From Macrostomum lignano (lineage: Eukaryota), in the NCBI GenBank assembly GCA_002269645.1, contig NIVC01000025.1, positions 124,001 through 188,000 on the forward strand: a stretch of 64,000 nt of DNA, read 5' to 3'. Every line of letters begins with the position of its first letter. The stretch's first letter is position 1. Shown one piece after another: positions 62,996-64,000 of this stretch. A model generated the notes under the pieces. It was given only the letters and a program-made list of their open reading frames with translations. It had not been told where the DNA came from and searched no databases. Both the position numbers and the translations under genes were made by a program.

Positions 62996-63949
62996 ATGGC
63001 TGCAGGAATTAATGATGCAATTGCACTTTTAGCTGAGGAGATTAGGAACAGATTAGAATTAGGACCATTAAGGCATGTGAAGATACAGAAGTTTACGCCT
63101 AGTCAGGATATTAGGATTTGGCTCACTGCTTTCGACCAGAGGTGCGAAGCAGAAGGAATAGAAGTAGAGCATAGGAAGACTGAGCTACTAGCTAACTTAG
63201 ATCTAGCGACAGCATTTGCTGCAGTGCAAAGGTTAAATTTGCCTGATGAACTAACTTACGAGGAGTTTAAGGAGCGCTTAGTAGAGAGGTTTGGTAGGAT
63301 AGGTAGTGCATCAGAATTTCGGGAGGAATTCCGTGGAAGAATGCAGGGTAGGAACGAGACTGCGGAAGCTTATGCCGACGCATTGATTGAGCTGTCCGCA
63401 AGAGCTTTCCCGAATATGAACGCTGAACAGCGTGAGGAAGAAGTTGTTGAACAGTTTATCAAGGGGGTGAGAATCCCAACAGACACTAGGGAGAAGCTAA
63501 TTTTCGCGCAGCCAGCTAATCTGCAGGAGGCTAGGAGAATGTTGCGTAGGATTGAAGCAGCGTGGCATATGTCACACAAAGGAGGTGTGAGAACTGTGAG
63601 GGAAGGAGAGGATGAGCAGCAGAAGTTGCAGGAGCTGGTGAGACAGCAGAAGGATGAGCTGGAACAGCAGCGGAAGAGAATTGAAGAGCTCATGGCGTAT
63701 AAGCCGCTGTACAAACCAGGGCCTCAGCCATGCCCAGCTCAGATGCCGCGTCAAGCATCTCAGCAGCAGTCGGCGTTTCAGCCACGACTTTCAAATATGT
63801 ATCGGCCCAGGCCAAGGAGTGAGTTTGTAGGCAAATCATTCGTGCCACAGCCAGGAAAGTGTGCAGTCTGCCAGAATCCGGGACCGATAAGGCCTGGTTT
63901 GGATCACCAGTGCCGCTTGTTCCGTAATCGAGGTAATCAGGGAAACTAG
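62996..63949 (+). CDS. gag: Gag polyprotein of a Ty3/Gypsy LTR retrotransposon
   Basis: Intronless 317-aa ORF after LTR/PBS, with KFTPSQDIRIWL..F, LTYEEFKERLVERFG, FRGRMQGRNETAEAYADALIELSARAFP, VVEQFIKGV, a coiled coil and a C-terminal Cys/His motif. Confidence 0.88.
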   Translation: MAAGINDAIALLAEEIRNRLELGPLRHVKIQKFTPSQDIRIWLTAFDQRCEAEGIEVEHRKTELLANLDLATAFAAVQRLNLPDELTYEEFKERLVERFGRIGSASEFREEFRGRMQGRNETAEAYADALIELSARAFPNMNAEQREEEVVEQFIKGVRIPTDTREKLIFAQPANLQEARRMLRRIEAAWHMSHKGGVRTVREGEDEQQKLQELVRQQKDELEQQRKRIEELMAYKPLYKPGPQPCPAQMPRQASQQQSAFQPRLSNMYRPRPRSEFVGKSFVPQPGKCAVCQNPGPIRPGLDHQCRLFRNRGNQGN

Positions 63950-63983
63950 AGTTCGAGGGCCGAGAGACGAGGCCACGTCCCTC
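63940..63983 (+). other. -1 ribosomal frameshift signal (G GGA AAC plus downstream stem) at the gag-pol junction
   Basis: Heptamer GGGAAAC at 63940-63946 directly before gag TAG; -1 frame open to window end (GKLEFEGRETRPRPSRKFNC); GAGGG (63955-63959) pairs with CCCTC (63979-63983). Confidence 0.7.
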
Positions 63984-64000
63984 CAGAAAATTTAATTGCA

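Overview
Intron-containing metazoan genomic DNA. GC-rich exons, AT-rich spacers and a different minisatellite in almost every large intron resemble the flatworm Macrostomum, but that assignment is only an inference from style. Exon chains were read by hand using GT-AG sites and phase matching. Six host loci: a rhodopsin-class GPCR (+, 403-1692, 5' part incomplete), an SLC22 organic cation/anion transporter (-, 4185-10297), an Emx homeobox gene (-, 21272-27069), a TTLL6/13-type tubulin polyglutamylase (+, 30756-43679), Sec13 (-, 46417-48654) and nucleobindin (-, 52337-59459). The window ends in the 5' part of a Ty3/Gypsy LTR retrotransposon (LTR, PBS, gag, -1 frameshift site). Also present: three copies of a tRNA-derived SINE, several MITE/foldback elements, and about 33 tandem arrays covering roughly 35-40% of the window by hand estimate. 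Most long ORFs in the track are stop-free readings of those arrays. The most unusual signals are: (1) an internally duplicated nesfatin-like exon and a His/Asp-rich repeat tail in nucleobindin; (2) minisatellites carrying RNA-processing signals in every unit (AATAAA in a TTLL intron, CAG/GTGAGT after the TTLL stop); (3) families of minisatellites sharing cores, one of which matches a transposon motif; (4) a tandemly duplicated LTR-end/PBS unit.
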